Assembly: GCA_964462205.1 (NCBI GenBank)
Contig: CAYWWW010000002.1
Span: 71,223-135,222 of the forward strand
Origin: an uncultured Cardiobacteriales bacterium
GTDB lineage: Bacteria > Pseudomonadota > Gammaproteobacteria > CAYWWW01
DNA: 64,000 nucleotides
Direction: 5' to 3'
Positions 1-9,118 of this stretch are shown piece after piece; within the stretch, counting starts at the first letter, position 1, and every line of letters begins with the position of its first letter. A program made the position numbers and the translations under genes. The notes under the pieces are model-generated. The model saw only the letters and a program-made list of their open reading frames with translations. It searched no databases and had not been told where the DNA came from.

Positions 1-128
1 CCCTTGGCGCAAAAAAGCAAGAAGGTTTTAATAATTAAGATATTGTAATATCTTTATATTTGTAAAAAGTGAAAATTTTAACTTTCAGACTATTTTAGAA
101 ATATTTTCTGAATAGGTATTTTTTAAGG

Positions 129-2723
129 CTATAACCAATGCTGAAGTCCCAAGCCAAAAGGGTGCGCAGCCGCTTGATGATGGGGCACTAGGCGAAAGCG
201 TAATTGTTGCCGACCAGAGAGTGGTGGTGCGCAGGAGAGACGAAAAATAGTGCTGCCATCGGGATGCCTTTCGCTTGCGCTCAACAATAAGGTATTGGCC
301 GGCGACGCAGTTGAACACTGCACTTGATGGCGTTCACCGCTGCAAAATAAGCATTCGAGGCGCACCTCGTTTTCGCTTAAACCATTTAAAAAGACTTTGA
401 AAGCCAAAGTAATTTTTTCTTGACTCTGAATTTTTTGCGCTGGCATTTCTAAAACTTCCCAACGAATACCCGACCAGGCCTGAAAAACCTGTTGTCGCCA
501 CTCTGCTAGAGCTTTGGCCGTTTCGCCGTCATTGATTTGTAAGCGATTAAAAAGGCCACTGGCGGGTGCATAGGCTTTACGCAAATATTCCTCCACCATG
601 CGCTGGGCATTGAAGCGCGGAATGGTATCCAACATGGCATTTTTGGCACGGCGCACCCAGGCTTCCGAATGACCGTTATCATTTTGATAGTATTCAGGAA
701 TAACTGCATATTCCAAAATATCGAGCAGCTCTTTGGCTTCTTCGGTATCTTGATCCAGCGCTGTGCCATCCGGGGAATTTGGCGGAATCGCCCAACCATT
801 GTCGCCGGTATAACCTTCGCCCCACCAGCCATCTAAAACACTTAAATTGATCACGCCGTTCATGCCAGCTTTTTGCCCTGAAGTACCACTGGCTTCTAAA
901 GGATAGGTCGGATTGTTTAACCAAACATCACAACCGGAAACCAATTTTCGTGCCAAGGCCATATCATAGTTTTCAATCAGAAAAATCTTGCCTTCTAAGC
1001 GCAAATCACGGCTCAGTTGTTGAATATCTTTAATTAACTGTTGACCAGGTTGATCTTTTGGATGCGCTTTGCCAGCAAATAAAAATACTACCGGACGTTT
1101 GCTATCATTGAGAATACGACAAATTCTTTCTAAATCTTTGAAAACTAAAGTTGCACGTTTATAGGTAGCAAAGCGACGCGCAAAACCAATAGTTAAAACA
1201 TTAGGCTTTTCTGGATTGAGATGCTGAAAGAGACGTTTAATATGTGCTTCTGAAAAGCCATGACGTTGATATTGCTGTTGAACTTTATCTTGCACGACTT
1301 TTAGCATCTGACCTTTTAATTCTTGATGAATGCTCCAAAAACTATAATCCGGTAATTTGGGGATGCGTTCCTGCCAATAGCGTTGGTCACAGAGATGGTT
1401 GCGCCATTCCAGACTTAATTGACTATCAAAATAGAGCTTCCACATATTGGCTAAAAAAGTATCTAAATGTACACCATTGGTAATGTAACCCATTGGATTT
1501 TCAGCAGGTGAAATATCAGGCCAGATATAACCCTCCATTTCTGAAGCCACGTGGCCATGAATACGACTGACACCATTGCAATGCCGACTGCCGCGCAAAG
1601 CCAAGCTCGTCATATTAAAACTATGCGGATCATGATGCCCGCCCAAAGCGCAGAGTTTATCAAAACCGATATGTAAATGGGTTTCTGACCAATGGCTTAG
1701 ATATTGTCGCAGGAGATCATGACCAAAAATATCATGACCGGCAGGCACCGGGGTGTGGGTGGTAAATACTTGTGCCGAAGCTGCCAATTCCCAAGCAGTT
1801 TCAAAGTTATAGCCTTGCGCAATCCATTCTCGGCAATGTTCCAGCGCCACAAAAGCGGCATGGCCTTCATTCATGTGTAAAACCGTTGGTGCTACGCTTA
1901 GAGCGCGGAGTGCGCGTAAACCACCAACGCCTAAAATCCATTCTTGTTGTAGGCGGGTTTGTCGGTCGCCGCCATAAAGTTGATGGGTGATTTTTCGGTC
2001 GGCTTCGCTGTTATCAGGATGATCGGTATCTAATAATAACAGGCTGATATTGCCGACTTGTGCTTTCCAGACAACAATTTTTAGACGACGTTCGGCTAGT
2101 TCTAGGTCTAAAATAAGCTCGCTACCCGAGGCGGTTATTGCTGGTTCTATCGCTAAATCCTGTGGCAGCAAAGTGGGATATTCGCTTTGTTGTTGGCCAT
2201 TTTTGTCAATGCGTTGGGTAAAATAACCTTTCCGATATAGTAAACCGACCGCCACAAAGGGTAAGCCTAAGTCACTGGCAGCTTTACAATGATCACCTGC
2301 TAAAATTCCTAAACCACCCGAATAGATCGCTATGCTTTCGTGTAAGCCAAATTCGGCACAAAAATAAGCGATGCAATCTTTTGCGGCATGAAGATGTGGC
2401 GATTTTTCTCTTTTCCAAACAAAGCCTTGCTCTAAAGTATAAGCTGCATGTTGCCGATAATGATCAAAAACCGATAAGGCATGATGAAAACTCGCCATAT
2501 ACACTTCATCTTGTACGGCGGCATCCAGATGCGCTTGATCAACTTGACGTAAAAAGATTTTTGGATTATCGCCACAATCCCGCCAGAGCAGTGGATCAAG
2601 CCGCGCAAACAAAGAACGAATGTCATTGTTCCAGGCGTAATAAAGATTATTGGCTAAATCAGTTAATCGGGTTAAGGGTTTAGGTAGAGTCGCTTCAGCT
2701 TCGATATAAAAAACAGTGGTCAT
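129..2723 (-). CDS. glgP: alpha-glucan (glycogen/maltodextrin) phosphorylase, GT35 family
   Basis: 864-aa ORF; pyridoxal-phosphate lysine signature EASGTSGQKAGMNGV; overall layout typical of bacterial alpha-glucan phosphorylases. Confidence 0.8.
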   Translation of the reverse strand: MTTVFYIEAEATLPKPLTRLTDLANNLYYAWNNDIRSLFARLDPLLWRDCGDNPKIFLRQVDQAHLDAAVQDEVYMASFHHALSVFDHYRQHAAYTLEQGFVWKREKSPHLHAAKDCIAYFCAEFGLHESIAIYSGGLGILAGDHCKAASDLGLPFVAVGLLYRKGYFTQRIDKNGQQQSEYPTLLPQDLAIEPAITASGSELILDLELAERRLKIVVWKAQVGNISLLLLDTDHPDNSEADRKITHQLYGGDRQTRLQQEWILGVGGLRALRALSVAPTVLHMNEGHAAFVALEHCREWIAQGYNFETAWELAASAQVFTTHTPVPAGHDIFGHDLLRQYLSHWSETHLHIGFDKLCALGGHHDPHSFNMTSLALRGSRHCNGVSRIHGHVASEMEGYIWPDISPAENPMGYITNGVHLDTFLANMWKLYFDSQLSLEWRNHLCDQRYWQERIPKLPDYSFWSIHQELKGQMLKVVQDKVQQQYQRHGFSEAHIKRLFQHLNPEKPNVLTIGFARRFATYKRATLVFKDLERICRILNDSKRPVVFLFAGKAHPKDQPGQQLIKDIQQLSRDLRLEGKIFLIENYDMALARKLVSGCDVWLNNPTYPLEASGTSGQKAGMNGVINLSVLDGWWGEGYTGDNGWAIPPNSPDGTALDQDTEEAKELLDILEYAVIPEYYQNDNGHSEAWVRRAKNAMLDTIPRFNAQRMVEEYLRKAYAPASGLFNRLQINDGETAKALAEWRQQVFQAWSGIRWEVLEMPAQKIQSQEKITLAFKVFLNGLSENEVRLECLFCSGERHQVQCSTASPANTLLLSASERHPDGSTIFRLSCAPPLSGRQQLRFRLVPHHQAAAHPFGLGLQHWL

Positions 2724-2853
2724 GGTTTTCCCGCGTCAATTAATTAAAATAATTAGATAAATTGAGCTATTTATAGTTTTGGAGAGAAGTTGAAAGTAAA
2801 AAATAACCTACCCTCTCCTCTGGCCGGAAAGGGAAGGGACAATATTAAGGATT

Positions 2854-3789
2854 TTAATCGTATTGGGTTTCTAAGAACAGGCGATATTCTTTCGGAATGA
2901 CATTAAACATGCGGCAGATGGGACTGGCGAAACCATTGTCATAACAACCATATTGACGTTCTAAGGCTTCGCGCTGTTTGGGATACCAGCCGCAAAAACC
3001 GTGTAAATTCAAGCTGTCTTCATAACGGGATTTGTCCACGCGCATTTTGACATTGCTGAAAATATAGCCGCTGGGCGTGCGTAAGGCGCTGACAAAGGCT
3101 TTGGCACCACCTGGGGACTGACTGCTGCCGCGTTCATTGCAATCCAATTCCCAAAAAATACCGTTGGGTTGTTCGCGAACAATGGTTAATTCATAGCGAC
3201 GGCGATCAGCAGCGGGAACGGCTTCATTTTTGGACATATTGGGTAAGCGCAGGCTGTTTTCCATTGGGTTGTCGGGTACGCTTGGCAATTGTGGCGCACC
3301 GGGGAACATGCTGGCTAATGGATCATCAGGATTGGGTTTTTGTTCTTCGGCTTCGATTTTGGCTTTCATATCATTAAAAGGTAAGCCGTTGACAAATAAG
3401 CGAATAGAAGATATTTGTTGCGCGGGATTAGCCTCAACCAGCATGACCACGACATCTTGGCCGCAACGCACGGCGATCTGTTGTTCCACGGCGGGGTCTT
3501 CGGCACTTGGATATTTGCTACGCGCTTGTACTTCAAAATTACCTTCAGGGGTGCGCGTCAGTAAAAACTCGCCCTCTGGTTGAATGTCAATAATATCATT
3601 GTCATAGGTTTCAATGGTGGTGTTGCCGGTATAAACGCAGGTGCCAGTTTCATTGCCGTCACCATTAAAATCGGGTAAGCGGGTTTGTTCTTCTTGCGCG
3701 CCTTGGCCGGAACCAAAACCAAGCGGTGCGCCAAAAAAGGCCAAAACTGGCCAAATGGAAAAAAGAGAAAAAAGAAGCAGAAAGCGCAT
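2854..3789 (-). CDS. hypothetical secreted protein, unknown function
   Basis: ORF-track frame 2854..3867 trimmed to the ATG at 3789, which is preceded by AGGA; N-terminus MRFLLLFSLFSIWPVLA looks like a signal peptide; no catalytic motif recognised. Confidence 0.5.
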   Translation of the reverse strand: MRFLLLFSLFSIWPVLAFFGAPLGFGSGQGAQEEQTRLPDFNGDGNETGTCVYTGNTTIETYDNDIIDIQPEGEFLLTRTPEGNFEVQARSKYPSAEDPAVEQQIAVRCGQDVVVMLVEANPAQQISSIRLFVNGLPFNDMKAKIEAEEQKPNPDDPLASMFPGAPQLPSVPDNPMENSLRLPNMSKNEAVPAADRRRYELTIVREQPNGIFWELDCNERGSSQSPGGAKAFVSALRTPSGYIFSNVKMRVDKSRYEDSLNLHGFCGWYPKQREALERQYGCYDNGFASPICRMFNVIPKEYRLFLETQYD

Positions 3790-3866
3790 AAGGAATCCTT
3801 GAAAAAGAAAGAAAAGAAGGGCATGGCGGTTGTAACACCGAGGGTCGTACTGGTCAAGCGTCAGCA

Positions 3867-4118
3867 TTATTTTTCTTGGTCAGTTTTTTTGCTGCTTTGT
3901 AAAATTTCTGCTTGCTTTTCCATGCTGTAGAGTAGTTTCTCGACTTCTTCCTTAGAATGTTGAAGTTTGATCTGGCAAATCTGTAATAGCACGGTAGCGC
4001 GTTGTAAATTTTCAATCAATAATTCTAAAGGCGTGTTTTCATCATTAAGAATTTCTTGAACTTTTGCTAATTCTGCTAAAGCATCAAGAGGATAATCGGC
4101 ATCAGATTGTGACATCAT
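3867..4118 (-). CDS. xseB: exodeoxyribonuclease VII small subunit
   Basis: 83-aa ORF; LDALAELAKVQEIL..TPLELLIENLQRATVLLQICQIKL fits the XseB helical-hairpin pattern including the conserved Cys. Confidence 0.6.
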   Translation of the reverse strand: MMSQSDADYPLDALAELAKVQEILNDENTPLELLIENLQRATVLLQICQIKLQHSKEEVEKLLYSMEKQAEILQSSKKTDQEK

Positions 4119-4266
4119 TAGGCTCCACAGGTTTAATGAAATAGTGAACTTTAGTTATACACTTGCATCCTAACACGCGCAAAAAAAGAAAAAATCCCTG
4201 TTCTTGACCGCTATTTTTTGCACGCTTTTGCTTTTATTAGCTCAACACGCAACGTTAAGGAGCTTT

Positions 4267-5277
4267 ATGCGAGTTTTTTTGGGTTTATTTTGTCTATTGT
4301 TTTTTACAACGACATTTGCGCAAGCAGCAGTTTTTGTTACAACGCCACGAGAAGAAGTTTTTTATGAAAAAATTGAAGGCATTGGCACAGCTTTAGCCAA
4401 AGAAAGTATCAATTTAAGTGCCAATGTGAGTGGTATTGTCAATAAAGTGCATTTCGATGACGGGCAAGTCATTGAACAAGGTCAACTTTTGTTGGAAATC
4501 ACCAATCGTGAACAAAGCGCTCTGTTAAGAGAGGCACAATCGCGTTTTAATGAAGCCAAAAGTCAATTTAATCGTTTGCAACAATTATCTGCTGAAGGCA
4601 ATGTTTCTAAAGCAACTTTAGATCAACAACGTCGCGAAATGGAAACGGCACAAGCGCGCTTACAAGCCGTGCAAGCACAATTGGCTGATCGAGTGGTATT
4701 AGCGCCGTTTTCCGGCGTTTTAGGTTTTCGGCAAGTGAGTGTTGGCGCTTTTTTAGAGGCAGGTCAAGCTATTAGCACTTTAGATGATATTTCGCAAATT
4801 CGTTTAGAATTTCCTGTTGCCAGCCTTTATTTATCAAAACTAACACCAGGGGTAAAGGTAGAAGCCAAAACCCAAGCCTTTCCTGATCAAGTGTTTATCG
4901 GCGAAATTCGCAGTGTGGATTCACGGATTGATCCAGTAACGCGGGCGATCACCGTTCGCGCTTTATTTGACAATACACAAGGTTTATTACGACCAGGTTT
5001 ATTGATGCAAGTCACCGTTTTTTCGACACCAAGAAAAGTGCAAGTGGTTGAGGAGTCTGTTCTGCAAATGTCTGGAAATAAATACTTTTTATTGACAGTC
5101 GAAGAAGAAAAAGCCAAGCGTATCGTGGTTGCGATAGGACAACGTGAGCCAGGTTTAGTGGAAATTATCAGTCCTGATTTGCGCGGTAAAACCATTATCA
5201 AGGACGGCATGAATGCGCGTCCAGGACAACCCGTTCGTATCGTCAATCCCGAAACAGTTTTAGGCAAAAAGGAGTAA
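4267..5277 (+). CDS. RND efflux periplasmic adaptor (membrane fusion protein, HlyD/AcrA family)
   Basis: ATG at 4267 preceded by AAGGAG; N-terminal hydrophobic anchor then coiled-coil-rich region; ends 7 nt before the RND permease gene. Confidence 0.8.
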   Translation: MRVFLGLFCLLFFTTTFAQAAVFVTTPREEVFYEKIEGIGTALAKESINLSANVSGIVNKVHFDDGQVIEQGQLLLEITNREQSALLREAQSRFNEAKSQFNRLQQLSAEGNVSKATLDQQRREMETAQARLQAVQAQLADRVVLAPFSGVLGFRQVSVGAFLEAGQAISTLDDISQIRLEFPVASLYLSKLTPGVKVEAKTQAFPDQVFIGEIRSVDSRIDPVTRAITVRALFDNTQGLLRPGLLMQVTVFSTPRKVQVVEESVLQMSGNKYFLLTVEEEKAKRIVVAIGQREPGLVEIISPDLRGKTIIKDGMNARPGQPVRIVNPETVLGKKE

Positions 5278-5283
5278 ATTATC

Positions 5284-8200
5284 ATGCTGTTATCTGATGT
5301 ATCAGTTAAACGTCCGGTCTTTGCTATTGTTGTTTCCTTGCTGTTAATTATTTTCGGTATTATGGCTTTTTTGTCTTTACCCTTGCGGCAATATCCCGAT
5401 ATTGATCCCCCCGTAGTTTCGATCACCACCGATTATCCAGGTGCTTCCGCAAATATCATTGATACCCAGATTACGGCTTTAATTGAAAGACGGATTGCTG
5501 GCATTGAAGGTATTGATTTTATTAGCTCCAGTAGTGAGGCTGGTCGTTCAAAAGTCGAAGTGCAATTCCGTTTAAGTCGCAATGTGGATGATGCGGCCAA
5601 TGATATTCGTGATCGTATTTCGCAAATTCTGGATAACCTTCCTGAAGAAGCCAATCCCCCCGAAGTGGAAAAAGTGGATTCCAATGATGATGTGATCCTT
5701 TGGTTAAATTTAACCAGTGATCAAATGTCTGTCATTGAATTAACTGATTATGCTCGGCGTTTTTTACAAGATCGCTTCGGTACTTTAGATGGCGTGGCGC
5801 GGGTGCGCGTCGGCGGTGGTTTGGAATATGCCATGCGGATTTGGTTAGATCGGCAAGCCTTGGCAGCGCGAAATTTAACGGTGGCCGATGTAGAAGCCGC
5901 TTTACGGCGGCAGAATGTTGAATTACCAGCAGGTTCTTTAGAGTCAACTGAGCGGCAATTTACTTTACGCATCGCTCGTCAGTTTAAGACCCCAGAGGAT
6001 TTCCAACAGTTGGTGATCACCCAAGGCGAAGATGGCTATTTGGTGCGTTTAGGCGATATTGGCCGCGTCGAGCTAACGGCACGCGAGTCGCGGACTTTTT
6101 TCCGTGGTAATCAAGTGCCTATGGTTGGTATTGGCATTGTTAAACAGTCCACTGCCAATACCTTAGCGGTGGTACAAGCGGCAAAAGCGCAAGCAAAACA
6201 ACTCAATGCTACCTTGCCGGAAGGGATGAAAATCGTTGAAAGTTATGATACTTCGGTGTTTATTCAAGGTGCCATTGACGAAGTTTATAAAACGCTAGGC
6301 TTTGCCATTGTTTTGGTCATCTTGGTGCTGTTTTTGTTTTTAGGAAGTGTGCGTGCTACGTTAATTCCAGCAGTCACCGTGCCAGTTTCGATTATTGCTA
6401 CCTTCACTGCACTCTATGCTTTTGGTTTTTCAGTAAATTTATTGACGCTTTTGGCCTTAGTTTTAGCCGTTGGTTTGGTGGTAGATGATGCGATTGTGGT
6501 CTTAGAAAATGTCTATCGGCGTATTCAACTTGGTGAATCGCCCTTGGTTGCCGCTTATTTGGGAACGCGACAAGTCGGTTTCGCGGTGATTGCCACGACT
6601 TTATCCTTAGTTGCGGTATTTGTACCGATTGCCTTTTTGGAAGGGGATATTGGTCGGTTGTTTTCCGAATTTGCCTTAACCTTGGCGGTAGCCGTGGGTT
6701 TTTCAAGCCTGGTGGCTTTAACTTTGTCGCCAGTGCTGGCTAGTAAATTTCTGCGTCCGGTTAATACTAAACCCCCGCTTTTTGTTCAGGTCATTGATAG
6801 TAGTACTTTGTTTTTGCAAAACATCTATCGCCATCTTTTGCGTTTTAATTTACGCTTTCCCTATTTAGTTATCGTCACTTTTCTGGCGCTGATTGTCCTA
6901 ACCGTCTGGCTATTGCCAAAAGTGCCGAGCGAATATGCACCGCGTGAGGATCGCGGTGCGTTTTTTGTCTTGGTCAACGGACCAGAAGGTGCTACTTATA
7001 ATTATATGCTTGATTATATGAATGAAATCGAAAAACGACTGATGCCCTATGTGGAAACGGGAGAAGTAACGCGGCTTTTGGTACGCGCACCGCGGGCTTT
7101 TGGTAATTTAGAGAGTTTTAACAGCGGTATTATTATCGTTGTCTTAAATGACTGGGGTAAACGTCGCAATGGTTTTGTTATCATGGATGAAGTCCGTAGT
7201 AAACTTGCCGATTTACCTGGTGTGCGTGCTTTTCCGGTGATGCGTCAAGGCTTTGGCAGTGCCGTTTCCAAGCCAGTGCAGTTTGTTATTCAAGGCAGTA
7301 ATTACGAAGAATTACAAGCCTGGCGCGATATTATTCAGGCAAAAATTGACGAAAATAATCCAGGCTTAGCAGGCGTGGACTTTGATTACAAGGAAACCCG
7401 ACCGCAGATGGAGATCAATATTGATACCCTACGCGCTGCGGATTTAGGTGTTGATATTGAAAATATTAGCCGTACTTTGGAAACTTTTTTTGCTTCTCGA
7501 CGGGTAACTACTTATATTGATCGCGGCGAAGAGTACGATGTTGTTTTAGAAGGAGAAAACGAACTGAGTCAACGTGTCACCGACATTAAAAATTTATATG
7601 TTCGCAATGATCGTGGACAACTCATTCCTTTAAGTCAATTCGTTACGATTCAAGAATTTGCCGACGCTGCAACCTTAAATCGCTATAACCGTTTGCGGGC
7701 GATTACTCTAGAAGCCAATTTAGCCGAAGGTTATACCTTGGGTGAAGCACTAGACTATTTGAATAACTTAGTCAAAGAACATCTACCGGAAACTGCCAGC
7801 GTGGATTACAAAGGCCAATCCAAAGATTTTCAATCGGCCAATCAATCCTTTTTGTTTATTTTTCTGTTAGGTGTCGTTATTGTTTATCTAGTATTGGCGG
7901 CACAATTTGAAAGTTTTGTCCATCCTTTTGTGGTGCTGTTGACCGTACCTTTGGCAGTTTTAGGTGCGCTTGGTGGCTTGTGGTTGAGCGGTAATTCTTT
8001 GAATTTATACAGTCAGATTGGTTTAGTGATGTTGGTCGGTCTAGCAACCAAAAATGGCATTTTAATTGTTGAATTTATTAACCAGTTGCGCGACGAGGGC
8101 ATGGCTTTTTTTGAAGCGATTGTTGAAGCCTCGGTGATTCGTCTGCGTCCGATTTTAATGACCGCCATTACCACCGTCATCGGTGCTATTCCCTTGTTAT

Positions 8201-8388
8201 TGTCCACAGGTCCTGGGGCGGAAACCCGCGCTGTCGTTGGCTTGGTGATTTTCTATGGTGTATTATTTGCTACTTTCTTGACTTTGCTAGTTATTCCTGT
8301 TGCCTATCGGCTATTGGCCTTTCGCACCGGTTCGCCGGAAGCCACGGCTAAGCGTTTGGCAGCGGCCTTGAAAAGTTCCTCTATCTAG
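5284..8388 (+). CDS. RND multidrug efflux permease (AcrB/MexB-like, HAE1 family)
   Basis: 1034-aa ORF; start preceded by AAGGAG; alternating large periplasmic loops and hydrophobic blocks typical of 12-TM RND transporters. Confidence 0.85.
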   Translation: MLLSDVSVKRPVFAIVVSLLLIIFGIMAFLSLPLRQYPDIDPPVVSITTDYPGASANIIDTQITALIERRIAGIEGIDFISSSSEAGRSKVEVQFRLSRNVDDAANDIRDRISQILDNLPEEANPPEVEKVDSNDDVILWLNLTSDQMSVIELTDYARRFLQDRFGTLDGVARVRVGGGLEYAMRIWLDRQALAARNLTVADVEAALRRQNVELPAGSLESTERQFTLRIARQFKTPEDFQQLVITQGEDGYLVRLGDIGRVELTARESRTFFRGNQVPMVGIGIVKQSTANTLAVVQAAKAQAKQLNATLPEGMKIVESYDTSVFIQGAIDEVYKTLGFAIVLVILVLFLFLGSVRATLIPAVTVPVSIIATFTALYAFGFSVNLLTLLALVLAVGLVVDDAIVVLENVYRRIQLGESPLVAAYLGTRQVGFAVIATTLSLVAVFVPIAFLEGDIGRLFSEFALTLAVAVGFSSLVALTLSPVLASKFLRPVNTKPPLFVQVIDSSTLFLQNIYRHLLRFNLRFPYLVIVTFLALIVLTVWLLPKVPSEYAPREDRGAFFVLVNGPEGATYNYMLDYMNEIEKRLMPYVETGEVTRLLVRAPRAFGNLESFNSGIIIVVLNDWGKRRNGFVIMDEVRSKLADLPGVRAFPVMRQGFGSAVSKPVQFVIQGSNYEELQAWRDIIQAKIDENNPGLAGVDFDYKETRPQMEINIDTLRAADLGVDIENISRTLETFFASRRVTTYIDRGEEYDVVLEGENELSQRVTDIKNLYVRNDRGQLIPLSQFVTIQEFADAATLNRYNRLRAITLEANLAEGYTLGEALDYLNNLVKEHLPETASVDYKGQSKDFQSANQSFLFIFLLGVVIVYLVLAAQFESFVHPFVVLLTVPLAVLGALGGLWLSGNSLNLYSQIGLVMLVGLATKNGILIVEFINQLRDEGMAFFEAIVEASVIRLRPILMTAITTVIGAIPLLLSTGPGAETRAVVGLVIFYGVLFATFLTLLVIPVAYRLLAFRTGSPEATAKRLAAALKSSSI

Positions 8389-8404
8389 TTTTTTAGGAGT
8401 AACT

Positions 8405-9055
8405 ATGAATTTTATCTATTCTCTTGTTTTGTTTATTTTTATATCAAGCGCCACAGCGCAAAATTGGTATCCTCTTGGTGATCAGGTTTTTCGCTATAGA
8501 AATATTGAGAATCCTGATGAACATTGCGAAATCCGCGTGCTTGATCAAAAAGATTTTATTATCAACGGCAGAACAGAAACTTTTTATTTAATTATTGAAT
8601 GTTTACCTATGCCAGCAACGATGGATCATGGCTTAAATGCAGAAAAACTAGCCTTATATGCTGACAGTGGCAATTGGTTTTGGATGCAGAATGATGCTAT
8701 CGGTCAAAAGGAACTACTGAATGTTAATTTTGCTGGCGAACTTGATGATCAGAGTGAAAATTTTGAAACCGGTTATTTTTTTCGTTGGCCAAAAGCGCCG
8801 CAAGGTCTTTATCGTCTCAATCCAACATTTTATGAAAATGCCTGGATGGCCTATCGCTATCCTATTGATAAAAAAATAGTTGCACCTAATGGTCAGACTT
8901 ATAGCGATCTTGCTGAGTATCTCTTTAGTGATGGTTATGGTTTTTGGCTGCATTATTTTCTTGCTCCAGATGTTGGGGTTGTGCGTTATTCCTTTTGGAG
9001 TCAAGAAGAACCTATCCAAACTTATCTCTTAACAAGCATTGATAAAAATCAATAA
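8405..9055 (+). CDS. hypothetical secreted protein, aromatic-rich, co-oriented third gene after the RND pair
   Basis: ATG preceded by AGGAG 17 nt after the RND stop; signal peptide MNFIYSLVLFIFISSATAQ; no similarity to outer-membrane factors recognised. Confidence 0.55.
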   Translation: MNFIYSLVLFIFISSATAQNWYPLGDQVFRYRNIENPDEHCEIRVLDQKDFIINGRTETFYLIIECLPMPATMDHGLNAEKLALYADSGNWFWMQNDAIGQKELLNVNFAGELDDQSENFETGYFFRWPKAPQGLYRLNPTFYENAWMAYRYPIDKKIVAPNGQTYSDLAEYLFSDGYGFWLHYFLAPDVGVVRYSFWSQEEPIQTYLLTSIDKNQ

Positions 9056-9066
9056 ACTAAAATCAT

Positions 9067-9100
9067 CTGCGTGATTTTTTATCACGCAGTTTCTTTTTTT
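9067..9100 (+). terminator. intrinsic terminator after the RND operon
   Basis: perfect 9-bp stem CTGCGTGAT/ATCACGCAG with TTTTT loop followed by a T-run (tttcttttttt). Confidence 0.7.
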
Positions 9101-9118
9101 ACCTTTGACTATAGCCTT

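Noticed and set aside
4887-5429. 180-aa ORF antisense to the adaptor/permease junction of the RND operon
   Set aside because: Entirely antisense to two strongly supported genes; typical shadow ORF.
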